From: Lepidodermella squamata
Taxonomy: Eukaryota; Animalia; Gastrotricha
DNA length: 64,000 nt
NCBI GenBank assembly: GCA_047495785.1
Contig: JBLDXI010000015.1
Location: 124,001 to 188,000 of the forward strand
Reading direction: 5' to 3'
Part shown: piece after piece, positions 25,047 through 37,802 of the stretch
How positions within the stretch are numbered: position 1 is the stretch's first letter
Layout of the letters: every line of letters starts with the position of its first letter
Notes under the pieces: generated by a model
What the model saw: only the letters and a program-made list of their open reading frames with translations
Database searches by the model: none
What the model was told of the DNA's origin: nothing
Program-made: the position numbers and the translations under genes

Positions 25047-25570
25047 CAGTCGTCGTTTTTAGACTAGTGGAGGGTTACGGAGGCGTTCGTTAATGCCATC
25101 AGTTGCCAGACGCTCTGTTTTGATTACGCAACTGCGCTCTCACGAAAAAATTGAATTTTAATTTTTAATTGGTTTTCGGAATGAAAATGCCCTGAGTAAT
25201 TTTTTTACTGAAAAATGAGTTTTAGCTAAAGGATATTTCTTTGCTCATCAAATTTCCGATTTAAAAATTAGGAAATTTAATAAGATAATGAAGTTATTGA
25301 AGAAAGAAGTTCAACGTGTATAACTATTCGACCAATTGAGGCTACAAGTAAAAATAACTTTCAAGTACCAATAAAGAAAAAATTATATTTTAAAAAATCA
25401 TTTTTGAAATTGCTTTCTTGACGCTTTGCAAAAAAAATCGACATCAAATTTCCGAAATTCCTTAGTTGCGTAATCGAAATTTGTCTTAACAGAGCCTCTA
25501 AATAGAGCATAGTAACCGATGGCGTTAACGAACGCCTCCGTACCCCTCCGTCGTGTAAAAACGACGAGTG
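25047..25570. mobile_element. Degenerate MITE with long imperfect TIRs
   Basis: CA(G/C)TCGTCGTTTTTA...GGAGGCGTTCGTTAA.GCCATC is inverted at both ends. No TSD seen. Confidence 0.6.
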
Positions 25571-25647
25571 GCGCCAAATCAGTGGGTCCCAATTATATCG
25601 CAAGAATATCGCATTTCGAATCGTTTGTGGCGTGGAAAAACCAGCTG

Positions 25648-26070
25648 TTACATAGCTATCGTCTTCTTGAGGGTTTCGATCATTTGCCGGCCTTCATTAG
25701 AATGCTTCTCAGACTCCAGAAATTTTTTTTCAGCCAATTCCTGTGCTGTTTGTCTCCTTTTGTTCTTCAAGTTTTCGCTGGCTTTGAATTTGTTTGACAA
25801 AAAAGATCAATTACAGCAGGTTTGCTCGATATGCAGCGAACATCAGCGAACATCAGCATTGTACACCATACACATTTTTTGTCGCTTTGACGTCGGCTTT
25901 GAACTGGCCCGCCAGCAGTTCCACGGCGTCAGCATTGCCATTTTTGACGGCCCATAGTACCGACGTCCAGCCATAATTCTTGGTTGCTTTATGGACATCG
26001 AGACCATAATTCGAGTTGTTTGATAATCGGGAAACTTAAATATGATCACCAGCTTTCAACGAGTCAAACA
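25648..26070 (-). pseudogene. Internally deleted, frameshifted copy of the ankyrin exon of kinase-ANK paralog B
   Basis: Colinear nucleotide similarity to 30808-31626 at both ends. Internal repeats are missing and the frame is broken. Confidence 0.85.
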
Positions 26071-26643
26071 TTTGCGTGAAATGAATAATTTCGTCAAAAG
26101 CTTTACAGCGTGGTGTTCCATCAGTTGACAAAAAAATCTGGCTTTTTTAACCACTAAAAACCTAGATCTTTGGTTCCGGTTCGCTACGGGAGGAGGTCGG
26201 ACATCTAAACCAGTAATGGTGACCATGTATCAATCGGCAATCAGCAAAACGAGTTTAACCTGCGAAACCGATGCAAGGACGCAAGAATGACCCACATCTT
26301 CCAATTTTCAGTTTCATCAAAATTATCAGGCGGCGTGAGACCATGAGCAGACCCAAAGACGTGAAAATAGGTCATACCCATGATCAAAGTTTGGGAACCC
26401 CGGCAAAGTTTTGTCATATCGGTCCGCTTGAAGTTGAGTATTATCTCGGGAAATGGGAAACACAGGGGCCGATTATTCTATCCTTCTCGCATTTGCCGTT
26501 ATCTCTGCAACGCTGCCTCAAAATATGATGCCAACCCGCCCGCGCCAAGGCAGCGCAAACAACAAAGGCAATTGTCACTTGTCACTCTCTCTGTCTTTTA
26601 CGCGTGTGTGTGTGCAGGTTTTCAGTTTTCAGGCATTTACGTA

Positions 26644-29339
26644 ATGGATCGTAACATGTTCAAATCAGCCCGCGAGTTCAATACGTGGACGGTGCTGGGC
26701 CGTGGTGCATTTGGCACGGTCTACTTGTGCGGAAGGGGAACAACTTATGAGAAATATGTTGTCAAAGAGGTTAACCTTACTCGACTGGAAGATGTTTTCG
26801 GAAACGATAACCGAGCAAGAAAGATAGTCAAAAGCAGCTCCGAAGAGGTAAGATGTCAATTAATTATGAGGAAATAAACCGTATTTTTTGGGCTGTGAAG
26901 CACTCGAAGTTAGAAAAACTACGGCATCCTAACATTGTGTCGTTGTATGGGGCCTTTCGAGGTAAAGTTGTTTGGCGCGCTGGTCTGATCAAATTTATGC
27001 GCGTATTTTAGAGCAATACTGCAGAGAAGAGAGGGAAAAACAAGAGTGCCAGATGTACTACTTGGTCATGGAGCACTGCGAGGGCGGAGATTTGGACAGT
27101 CGGATTGGAGTTGGTTACGAAAAGATCTGCGAAGTTCAGCTTCAATCTTGGGCTAGACAATTGGCGTCTGCGCTAAAGTTACTGCACGACAACGGCATCG
27201 TTCACCGAGACATCAAGCCGAAAAACATATTTTTGAGTCGTGATGAGCAAACTGTCAAACTCGGCGATTTCGGAATCGCAAAAGACTTGAATGAGTAAAT
27301 AATTGTGACTGCTGGAGTAGTAACATTTCGATGTGCAATATCCTATGATCTCTGAACAGGACTGTGACGACAAGCAGCTCACTGAGTGTTGCTACTTGGG
27401 ATTACGCAGCTCCAGATTACATCGATAAGAACGTTTATCAGCCGCCGTGTGACGTGTGGTCGTTCGGCGTTACTCTCTACGAACTGGCAAATTTTGGAAG
27501 ACCGGTAAGAGCGATTGGAAAGTGACATCATTTTGACTCATTTGATTTCATTTCAGTTCATCGGAGTAAATCAGTTTGTCCTTCGTTCTAACATTCTCAT
27601 GTAAGTCGAGGGCTCAAGTTTTCCGATTTTTATATGAGATTGCTTAGGTGATAATATTGAATGATCGTTTTCAAGACAAAATTGAATGACAGAAATTCCA
27701 ACCTTTCATAGTAATTTTTATCGTCAAATAACTTGAAAGTAACGAAACCACGAAATTTAGTGTTTCAGAGCTAGAGCAGCCTGAAACTTGAAAGAATGGC
27801 TTTTTCTTGCTGAAACATATGTATGAGCTGAAAATTCTGAGCCTCCATTTATTGTGGATTGCGGGTTTACTCCAGCAGTTATCGCGCAATAGGGGGCTAA
27901 CTCGCGAATTTTATGTACCACGGATTTCATCAACAATTTAATAGAATGTACTGTAATGGAAGTGGCGGGTCCATTTCAGAAACACCTTAGCGAGCCATAG
28001 CGAGTTTGGTTCAAAAGTTTGTGTCGTTCGATATTGATATTGTGCCAGAATCAGCAAATCAAATGAGCTTGACCATGTAATTTTTGGCCATATCCAGTCA
28101 GAAATCAATCATAAATAAGCAGAAATCGAAAACTTCCTCTGCCATTTCCAGCTTCAGCTTCAAATATCTCCGAATTTGATATGGTGTAAGTATCGTAATA
28201 AGAGAGCTTTTGTCTTACAGAAAACCGCCGCGGCCATTTGACGAGTCTCGAGGCTACTCTGCCGAATGCCGCGACTTCATCATGTCGCTGTTGGAGAAGC
28301 AGAGCAGCAGCCGACCGACCATTGATCAAGTGCTGAATCACGCATTTTTACGCGGCAATATTGCTATCGAAAGCCCGCAACAACCAGTTGCTCCTCAATC
28401 GGCGAAGCCGAACAGTGACGAATTTCCTAAATCGCAAGAGAACGTCGAAATGTCTCCAGGCTTAGATTTGACAAAGGTTGTTCGTCTTCATTGATTCTTC
28501 ATTTGTTTATTTACTTCTAAACAATCCAGGCTGTCGATCTCCCGAAAAACAGAGAGGATGCTATCAAGGTTGCTCCACATATCAAGTAGACATCATTTAT
28601 ATTTGAGTTTTCAATGTGATGATTGAAACAGGAATTCGTGAGATGCGCTCTTGAAAATGATGTGACCAGAATGTCACAACTACTGCTATGCAGCGACCGA
28701 TTCGGCCTGGATGTTAACGGCAAAAATTGGGACGACGAAGGAACTGCACTTCATGCCGCAGCAGAAAAAGGCCATGTTGCAACTATTGAATTGCTGGCGG
28801 GCACGTTCGAAGCCAACGTCAACGCGGCAAATCAGTACGGCAAGACGCCATTGCACAAAGCCGCCTTATGGGGCAAAGCTGACGTCGTGGAACTGCTGGC
28901 GGGCAAGTTCAAAGCTGATATCAACGCGGCAGATCGCGATGGCTCGACGCCAATGCACTTGGCCGCCGAATGCGGGCAGGCTGAAGTCGTGGAACTCTTG
29001 GCGGGCAAGTTCAAAGCCGACGTCAATGCTGCCAAAAAGGATGGCTCGACGCCATTACTCTGTGCTTCCTCGAATGGAAATGATATCGTCTTGGAACTGC
29101 TGGCGGGCAAGTTCAAGGCCGACGTCAACGCGGCAGATACGGATGGCAATACACCACTGATGACAGCTGCCAGGTGGACACGACCTGGTGCTGTTAATCT
29201 TCTTGTCAATAAATTCAAAGCCAACCCGAAATTGAAGAACGGTAAGGGACAAACTGCAATGGATTTGGCTAAAAAACCTGCTCTATCGACGTGTAACTCT
29301 TTCGATCAACGAATAATTATCAAAATCCTCACGGTTTAA
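26644..29339 (+). CDS. Ser/Thr kinase (NEK-like) + C-terminal ankyrin repeats, paralog A
   Basis: Multi-exon. Motifs GRGAFG, YVVKE, HRDIKPKN, DFG, WDYAAPD, DVWSFG. Final exon 28632-29339 has about 5 ankyrin repeats. Start may be 26656. Confidence 0.88.
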
Positions 29340-29559
29340 ATTTTCGCTTGATGCCAATAGATGTGCCTTGACTGTGAGTAATCTGGTCTCACTTCTGATT
29401 TCTAGATCATCATAGCCTTGCGATTATCGATGGCTCGTATGGCTTCGTCATTGTTTTAGTCAAAGACAACAATAAAGCAGGGTTACAGTGTTGACCATGA
29501 TTGTTATCGGTACAGATATATTGGGACTAATGGCAGTCCCAAGACAGTGATACGCGAGT

Positions 29560-29670
29560 TTTATTGGTTTATCGATATAAAAGCAGTTGGCGCACGTATC
29601 ACAATAATCACTTATTACTTAGTATTAACATACCGTACCAACAGCAGCAATGATCAAAAGTATTTGTTGA
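29560..29670. repeat. Duplicated fragment of the separase 3' flank/UTR
   Basis: TTATTGGTTTATCGATATAAAAGCAGTT.GCGCACGTAT.ACAATAATCACTT also occurs at about 38591-38645. Confidence 0.8.
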
Positions 29671-29989
29671 TCCCTTAAATCGTTTTGTAAAAAATAATCG
29701 TCCCGCATCTACTATCTACGATCTCGACTTGCATTACAAGCATTGATCGTTTATAGTCAGCTCCTGTCATAGATAAATAAAAAAGATAGATCTGACACGC
29801 TAGTACATTTATGTGTGCCGAAATGATTCATCAAGAGTTTTTGCTTTCTGGTCGCGTGACCTGAAAATCACTTGTCAACCTCACTATAAAAAATACGGCA
29901 TAATCAACGCAAGTGACAAGTGATTTTGGGTGGCTACTTCACCTCAATTTATCTCAAAACACACCCATTCGGCAAACTAGCCTCCGTCG

Positions 29990-30290
29990 GCACGCCGTCA
30001 CATCTGAAATCGCGATTCGGCGGCGGGATGATTCTGATTGCGAAAGCGCCGAGTCCGAGCGGCCTGGCAGCTATGCCTTGTACATACGTCTGATGCACTA
30101 TAAGCCCACCCATGGCCGGTGCTTAACTCTACTTTTTTGAAATAAAGCATTGCTTGCTATATTCAAGACTCGCTAGCTGCACTCTTACAGGAGGTGCTTT
30201 TATTATAGCCCGGTTGACAACTGTAAAATCGCATTTTGATACGCGACAGTCTTATCGCTCTAGTATCTATCAATTACTTGAACGCAGTTT
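29990..30290 (+). pseudogene. Duplicated fragment of the ABCA last exon and 3' UTR
   Basis: About 29993-30076 matches 24121-24204, and about 30157-30285 matches 24607-24738. Confidence 0.88.
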
Positions 30291-30807
30291 TTATGAAAGC
30301 AGAACGAGAGCAAAGGTTTGAAAGATTGAAACTTGTTTGTCAATTTGCGTACTTATATAAGTACTCGTCAAAAATCTCAGCTCCATTGTGGAACCACTGG
30401 TAAGTTGAACCTTCGCGCGCACGCTGATTGGTCAATTTATCGTTGCTAATGACTCCGGAATGAAACATTTTCGTCGTGCGATCCACTAATAAATTATTTT
30501 ATATTTATGTAAAAAATGACCTTGCCTCACCCTCTGCCCGGTTTCCATTGACCACGAGCGTAAACTCCATATTAATCGTGGTAAATTGCTGCGGCAAAAA
30601 ACACTTGTTGCAAAAAATGTTATGGATCGCACGACAGAACGTTTCATCCGGGAGTCATAGCAACGATCGATTGACCAATCAGCGTGCGCATTGGATTGGA
30701 CTTTTAAGTGGTCACACAATGTCACTCCGCCAGCGCCCCGTATCAATGCAACACTGGTGCCCATGATCTGGCGAGGCGAATCGTTCGTGGCGTGGAAGAA
30801 CCAGCTG

Positions 30808-33800
30808 TTACATAGCTATCGTCTTTTTGAGGGTTTCGATCATTTGCCGTCCTTCATTAGAATTGTTATCAGATTCAAGACAAGGGTTTTCAGCCAAATC
30901 CAGTGCAGTTTGTCCGTTTTTGTTCTTCAAGTTTTCGTTCGCTTTGAATTTATTGACAAGGAGATCGACAACAGCAGGTTTTGCACGATGTGCAGCGAAC
31001 ATCAGTGGTGTATCCCCATCCACATTCACCGCGTTGACGTCGGCATTGAATTTGCCCGCCAGTAGTTCTACGACGTCAGCGTTGCCAGGGAATGCGGCCA
31101 TGTGCAATGGCGTCCAGCCTTCCTCATTTGCCACGTTGGCGTCGGTCTTGAACCTTCCCGCCAGCAGTTCCACGACGTCAGCATTGCCATACCAGGCGGC
31201 AAAGTGCAGTGGCGTGTCACCGTCCTTATCTGCCGCGTTGACGTCGGCATTGAATTTGCCCGCCAGCAGTTCCACAACGTCAGCTTGGCCATTACCGGCT
31301 GCCATGTGCAATGGCGTCTGACCATCCTTATCAGCCGCGCTGACGTCGGCTTTGAACTTGCCCGCAAGCAGTTCTACGACGTCAGCTTTGCCATACGAGG
31401 CGGCCCAGTGCAACGGCGGCCAGCCATCCTCATTTGCCGCGTTGACGTCGGCTTCGAACTTGCCCGCCAGCAGTTCCACGGCGTCAACATTGCCATTTTT
31501 GACGGCCCATAGCAACGGCGTCCAGCCATATTTGTTTGCTTTATTGACATCGAGACCATACTTCGAGTTGCTTAATAACCGGGAAACTTTATTAAGATCA
31601 CCAGCTTCCAAAGAGTTGAACAGTTGCTAGAAATGAAGAAGTTTGTCAAAATCTTTACAGCGTGTCCCATTAGTTGACAAAAAATCAGGCTGGCAGAAAG
31701 TTATAACAACCTGGAGCTCTCTCCCATAATTCCTCTCTCTCTCCCTGGGTAAAAAATAATTTCGCAACGTTGCGCAACATGTTGGGGGTTCAACTAGGTG
31801 CTGATGGTGTTTACTTATTTAGCAGAAGAACTGAACTGAGTGTGTACTCCTGCTTGCATATTCCTAGCCAAGTTTCTAATTTAGTTTGCTGAATTAAAAG
31901 CTTATCTATCTAAGAGCATACAATTAGGTCTCATATCTGAGGACAAATAATGGGTACGTCGATTTTCTAGCATAGAAAGAACCGCGAGGAGTAAAGGCAT
32001 GGCGGGAATATGCTCTCTGTATGTATTTTCAGAAAAAGGACAGGCTAGTTGCTATTAAAAAATTGTCGCGCAACTTATGGGACACGCAGTAGACAATATA
32101 TACTTCTTCTCTAGATTTCCAAAACTTCCAGTTAATATTGCGCCATGTAGTTGCAAATCGTGCATCTCTTTGTTGTGATGACTGGAGTAAGGCAGGTTGG
32201 TCCTCACTTCGGCGATCTTCTACGATAGATGTATCTGCCTCTGACGATGAATGACTGTCGATTCCAGGAGCGTTCAAGTCTATCTGGAAGAAGTTGTCAT
32301 GCAAGATCTGGTCGATCGTCGGCCGGCTGTTTGGATCTTTATGCAGCATGGACAAGATGAAACTCTTACAACCACGCGAATACCCCCGTGAGTTGTCAAA
32401 AGCTCTCGGCGGGCTCCTTAAAACCAAACCAGAAAACTCAAATTCAGATACCTTTCTGCCCAAAAAACACGACAGCCTAAAATCTTAAGGTTTGGGTATA
32501 TCATTTTCGTTTCACGGAACTTATATCACAGGCAGGTTTGTGATCGAAAGCAAAGTGCAAATTTTGAGTCTGTAAAACATTTGATTCTGGTGGGCGCCAA
32601 TTTTTCTACCATAGGTAGTCTTGATCTTGAGCATGGCTCACGCCAGTGAGGTCTTTCATTGTTGCGAAACAAAAATCGCAAATTTACGTAAAATCCAAGC
32701 GAAATAATGCCAATAGCCAATAAGAGGAACATAATATCCCTCCGATGATGAATTATACTTATGACGATCAATTCAAGCAGTACCTAGTACGGTATAGTAT
32801 TGATGGTAAGCCCGATTATTTCCAATCATTTCCTCACGTAAACCAGGTCAAACTTACTCCGAAATGCTTCTGATAAGCAGAGGTAACACGGGTCCAGCAA
32901 ACTGAATAACATTTTTTTATTTCAGCACACGGTAAACATAAAAGCCATACCGGTTTGTTGAAATCAGCAAGTTCGAAAAGCGTGACGCCAAGCGACCAGA
33001 CATCGCACGGGCGTTCGTATCTGTTTGTATTAATGAATTCAGGAGCGGCATATTCCCACGACGCTACTCCTACTGTTGAGCTCGCGTTGGTACTTGAAAA
33101 TTAAGAAAAACAGGTTTCAAAAATAGAAAAGATTTCCTATCCGATTTTTATAATATAAAACATTGGGAAAGGAAAACATACTCGTTCAGATTCTTGGCAA
33201 TCCCGAAATCGCCAAGCTTAATAGTTTGCATATCCCCAGTGAGGAAGATGTTTTTCGGCTTAATGTCGCGATGAACAAAATTGTTGTCATGAAGAGCCTT
33301 CAGCGCATAAGCTATCTGGAGACCCCATTTCTGAATTTGTATCTCTGGGATTGGCTCCTTGCGATTTTCGATTTGCTTGGACAGGTCTCCACCTTCGCAA
33401 AACTCAAGTATTAAGTAGAAAATCTCACATCCTTTACGATCACGATCTTCGCCTTGGAAAAGCTCTGAAATAGTGCATCATGCATTATAATGAGTCATAG
33501 TCATTGTTAGCAGTAATGTACCTCTAAATGATCCGTAAACCCATACTATATTTGGATGACGCAATTTCTCCAACTTTGTATACTGAAGAAGAGAATGGAC
33601 AACGCTGCTTGTAATCGTCGTAGTAATGGGGCAAGCTTCACATACCTCTTCGCAGCTCATTTTGATGAGCTTCTTAGCCGCTTTCGGGTCTCGATTATCG
33701 CGTCTAATGCGCGATAGGTTGACTTCTTTCACGGCATATTTCTTCGAAGTTTTCTTATCAGTGCACAAGAAAACATCGCCAAAGCCACCTCCACCGAGAG

Positions 33801-33837
33801 GGTTCCAGCCTTCGAACTGCGAAGCTGATTTAAACAT
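30808..33837 (-). CDS. Kinase + ankyrin repeats, paralog B (apparently intact)
   Basis: Exons 33837-33646, 33582-33522, 33464-33182, 33092-32951, 32901-32858, 32416-32104 and 31626-30808. Motifs GGGGFG, YAVKE, HRDIKPKN, DFG, WEYAAPE. Six ankyrin repeats. Confidence 0.88.
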
Positions 33838-34325
33838 GGTTTCAGCTACAGCAAACTATTTGATATAAGGATTTGACTAGACGGCGCTCATCAGCCAGTT
33901 TCTAACTTTCCTACACTTTGATAAGGCGGTAGGTGTAACTATATGACCCGTAGATAAGGAAAAATGATATATCATCAGCCTGTCTGAAAGTACGACCTGA
34001 CACCTACCCTGCTTATTCTGATTTCTGATCAATATTATTGTGATACAATATACAATTATCTCAAAACACAAAACACGTGGGCACATATTAGACGCGAATC
34101 TGAGACTGTCCGTAAGAAAAGCAATGTATAACCTCGAACAGTCATTCACAATCGAAAATAATTATAAACCGCTTCTCGAGACAAATCAGACGGCTTCTTC
34201 AATCAAAGGTAAAAATAGAGGAGTGTGTTACTGTTGGACTGTTGGATGGACTGTTATCCCCCTGAAATTCGCACATTTGTCGTAAATTTTCACGGTTTGC
34301 GCCCAGAAGACGACCCCGAACTGAC

Positions 34326-34615
34326 TAGGACTGACTAAGGAATTGCGGCGGAAAAAGAAAACTAGCACTAAGAAGAAGCCAAGGATAAGAAGGGCAAAAC
34401 GCCGAAGAAAAAAGAGAAGGAAAAACCTGGCGAAAAAGAGTTTGAAATCAAAATTAAACCCGATTTTGAACAAGCTGGAATGGTGTCTTTTGAAAAAGAT
34501 GACTGGCGCATGATTGTTAAGTCGATTGAAATTTTCGGAAAAAGCAAGATCTTCAACTGTGGGGTTGGGTAAGGATTTCTCTATGCCTGCCTTCGCCCTT
34601 TTCAAAACCGGAATG
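34326..34615 (+). mobile_element. Short degenerate 3' fragment of the same RTE-like LINE family (copy 3)
   Basis: Encodes the Lys-rich tail, SFEKDDWRMIV and FGKSKIFNCG. Shares the 3' UTR motif GCCTGCCTTCGCCCT..TCAAAACCG. Confidence 0.85.
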
Positions 34616-34766
34616 GAATAGCAGTTTGAAATGATCTAATTCGTTGCTTTCACACGTCGATCACAATTATCAACTCGAAAATTGTAAAATCATCCAGGTA
34701 ATTTTTCTGCGAAAGCTCATTTCTGCGGTTGTGAAATGCAGGTATTGAATGCAAGCAAATTCCTTT

Positions 34767-37700
34767 TTACTTAGCTATCCTCATCGTCAGGATTTCGATT
34801 ATTTGTTGTTGTTCATTAGAATCCTTCTTAGATGAATCATTAGGGTTTTCAGTCTTATCCAGTGCAGTTTGTCCCTTTTTGTTCTTCCAGGTTGCGTTGG
34901 CTTTGAATTTATTGACAAGAAAGTCAACAACAGCAGGTTCTGTCCAATAGACAGCTATCATCAGTGGCGTGTCTCCATCCTTATCTGCCGCGTTGACGTC
35001 GGCCTTGAACTTGCCCGCCAGCAGTTCCACGACGTCAGCTCGGCCATTTTTGGCGGCCGAATGCAATGGCGTCCAGCCATTCTTATCTACCGCGTTGACG
35101 TCGGCTTTGAACTTACCCGCCAGCTTTGCCATTCGCGGCGGCAAAGTGCAATGGCGTCCAGCCGTCCTTCTTTGCCGCGTTGACGTCGGCTTTAAATTTG
35201 CACGCCAGCAGTTCCACGACGCCAGCGTGGCAATTACAGGCGGCCTTGTGCAACGGCGTCCAGCCATCCTTATCTGCCGTGTTGACGTCAACTTTGAACA
35301 TGCACGCCAGCAGTTCCACGACTTCAGCACGGCCATTCCAGGCGGACCAGTGCAATGGCGTCTTGCCATTTTTATCGGCCGCATTGACGTCGGCTTTGAA
35401 CGTGCACGCCAGCAGTTCCACGACTTCAGCACGGCCATCCCAGGCGGCCCAGTGCAATGGCGTCTCGCCATACTTATTTGCTATGTTAACATCGGCTTTG
35501 AACTCGCCCGCTAGCAGTTCAACAATTTCAACATGTCCTTTGGATGCTGCAGCATGAAGAGCAGTTCCTTCGTCGTCCCTCAAACTGAACGTCGTCTTAT
35601 ATTTTCCGTTAACATCCAGTCCCAATCGGTCCTTGTATTGCAGCAGTTGTGACATTCTCGCTGCGTCATTTACAAGTGCACATCGCACGAATTCCTGTTT
35701 CGATCATCACATCGAAAAAAGTCAAATATAAATGCTATTCATATGATGAAGAAATCAACCTTGATAGCTTTCTTTTTGTTTTTCGGGAGTTCGACCGCCT
35801 AAATTATTTACGTTTCAATTAAAATGAAAATTTTTACAGCCTTTGAAACCTTTACCGGGCTTGCAAGCTTCTGCTCGACTTTCTCTTGCGATTTAGACCT
35901 CGAGAATCCCTCTGTCCCTTGGTTCGGCTTGTCTGGTTGAAGAATGACTGGCTGTCTTAGTTGTTGTTGGCTTTCGACAACGATATGGCGGCGTAGAAAG
36001 GCGTGATTCAGCGCTTGCTCGATGGTCGGTCGGCGGCTGCTCTGCTTCTCCAACAGCGACATGATGAATTCAGTGCAATCAGCCGGGTAGCCTCGAGAAT
36101 CGTCGAATGGCCGCGGCGGTTTTCTGGGAGGAAAAACGGTATAACCTAACGAAAATGAGCTTTGAAATAGCTTGAAATTGAACCCTTTATTCGAAATTCA
36201 CCATTTACTCTCGATGGATATTAAATATTATATATATTTTTATTTTGCTACCTATTTAAATATTTCAATGACATAGTCAACCTCAGCACCCAGTAAAACA
36301 CTCAATTAAAGTACTAGATCGATGAACTTCGATTGATTCGAAAATGTTATGATTTTTTTTATCGAAAATCAACGAATTTCAACTTCACAATGAAAGAGTC
36401 AATTTTCCGCGAACCGGTGAAATAGACCCAATCATTAATTTTAAATTATTGTTCAGACACTTAAGAAAAACGGCAAACTGAAAGTGAAAAGGTCTGAAAA
36501 GACTTGATGGATCGCTAACATTTATCTCCTATCAAGAGTCGATTTATTATTTTGGGCTATTTCGAGTTATTTTGGGGAAATCGAAATATATCGGATTAGA
36601 TTCTAATCATCAGAACACGTTTTAGAGGTGGGTGATCAGGATAGGTACACTTACGATTGAATGTTTTCCATGACATCCATCTGCGTTCTTCCGACGAACT
36701 AATGAATAAAACAGCATGCAGAATGAAACATGATGGGAGGTGGCTTTTATTACCGGTTTCGCAAAATTTGCTAGTTCATAGAGAGTCACTCCAAACGACC
36801 ACACGTCACAAGCGCGCTGGTAATCGTTAGTCTCGATGTAGTCTGGAGCTGCATAATCCCAAGAAGCTACACTCAGCGTGTACTTTGTCGTTGCAGCCCT
36901 GCGCAAAATGGTAACAAGGCTTAACCCCGCGAAATAATGAAGCCACCGGCGATAGCAGTCGCTGAAAAGAGCCAACTTACTCGTCCAAGTCTTTAGCAAT
37001 GCCAAAATCGCCGAGTTTTACCGCTCGCCCGTCATGGCTTAGAAAAATGTTTTTCGGCTTGATATCCCGGTGGACGATGCCGTTGTCGTGCAAGAACTTC
37101 AACGCCGATGCAAGCTGTCTGGCCCAGGATTGCAGCTGCACTTCGCTGATCTTTTCGCGTCCTGTTCCGATCCGACTGTCCAAATCTCCGCCCTCGCAGT
37201 GCTCCATGACCAAGTAGTACATCTCGCATCCTTGTTTGACTTCATCATCACCGCTGTATGTCTCTAGATAACGTTCGTGGCGCGGAAGAACCCGCACTTC
37301 GATGATTTTTTGCCCTGACTGTACCCCGCGAGTACAGCCTTGGATACTATATGCAATACTGCGCGTTATGCTGTACTCGCGGGGTACAGTCAGGGCAAAA
37401 AATCATCGAAGTGCGGGTTCTTCCGCGCCACGAACGATAATATACCCTTAAAATAAGGTCTAATCAGTGCAAAAATCTTTCCTACCCTTGAATGAACCAA
37501 ATATCTGGACAATGTTGGGGTGTCGCAGTTTTTCCAACTTGGAGTGCTGCAAAAGCGAGAAATATCTCGTTTTATCATGTGCTTCCATCTATCACTTCAT
37601 AATATCTTACCTCGGCGCAGCTGATTTTAACAAGTTTCCTAGCTTGATTTTCATCACTGAAACTCCGTTCGAACTGAGTGAGGTTTACTTCCTTGACAAC

Positions 37701-37802
37701 ATAGTTTTCATCAGTTGTCCCCCTTCGGCAAAAGTAGACCGTGCCAAAGCCGCCATGGCCTAAAACCGTCCACTTATTGAACTCGCGTGCTGATTTGAAC
37801 AT
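34767..37802 (-). CDS. Kinase + ankyrin repeats, paralog C (frameshifted in repeat 5; truncated gene or pseudogene)
   Basis: Motifs GHGGFG, YVVKE, HRDIKPKN, DFG, WDYAAPD. Seven repeats are split over two frames by a ~17-nt deletion near 35122, giving a stop at 35113. Confidence 0.85.
37272..37436. mobile_element. 165-bp MITE with perfect 67-bp TIRs and 4-bp TSD ATAA, intronic in paralog C
   Basis: 37272-37338 is the exact reverse complement of 37370-37436. ATAA lies at 37268-37271 and 37437-37440. Confidence 0.92.

Noticed and set aside
30950-31560. CRISPR-like appearance of conserved repeats with variable spacers
   Set aside because: The unit is an in-frame protein repeat in a eukaryotic exon, and no cas genes are present.
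28711-35557. Long repetitive alternative-frame and antisense ORFs (…WNCWRASSKPTS…, …ALTSALNLPASSSTT…)
   Set aside because: These are shadow frames of the 102-bp ankyrin repeats.
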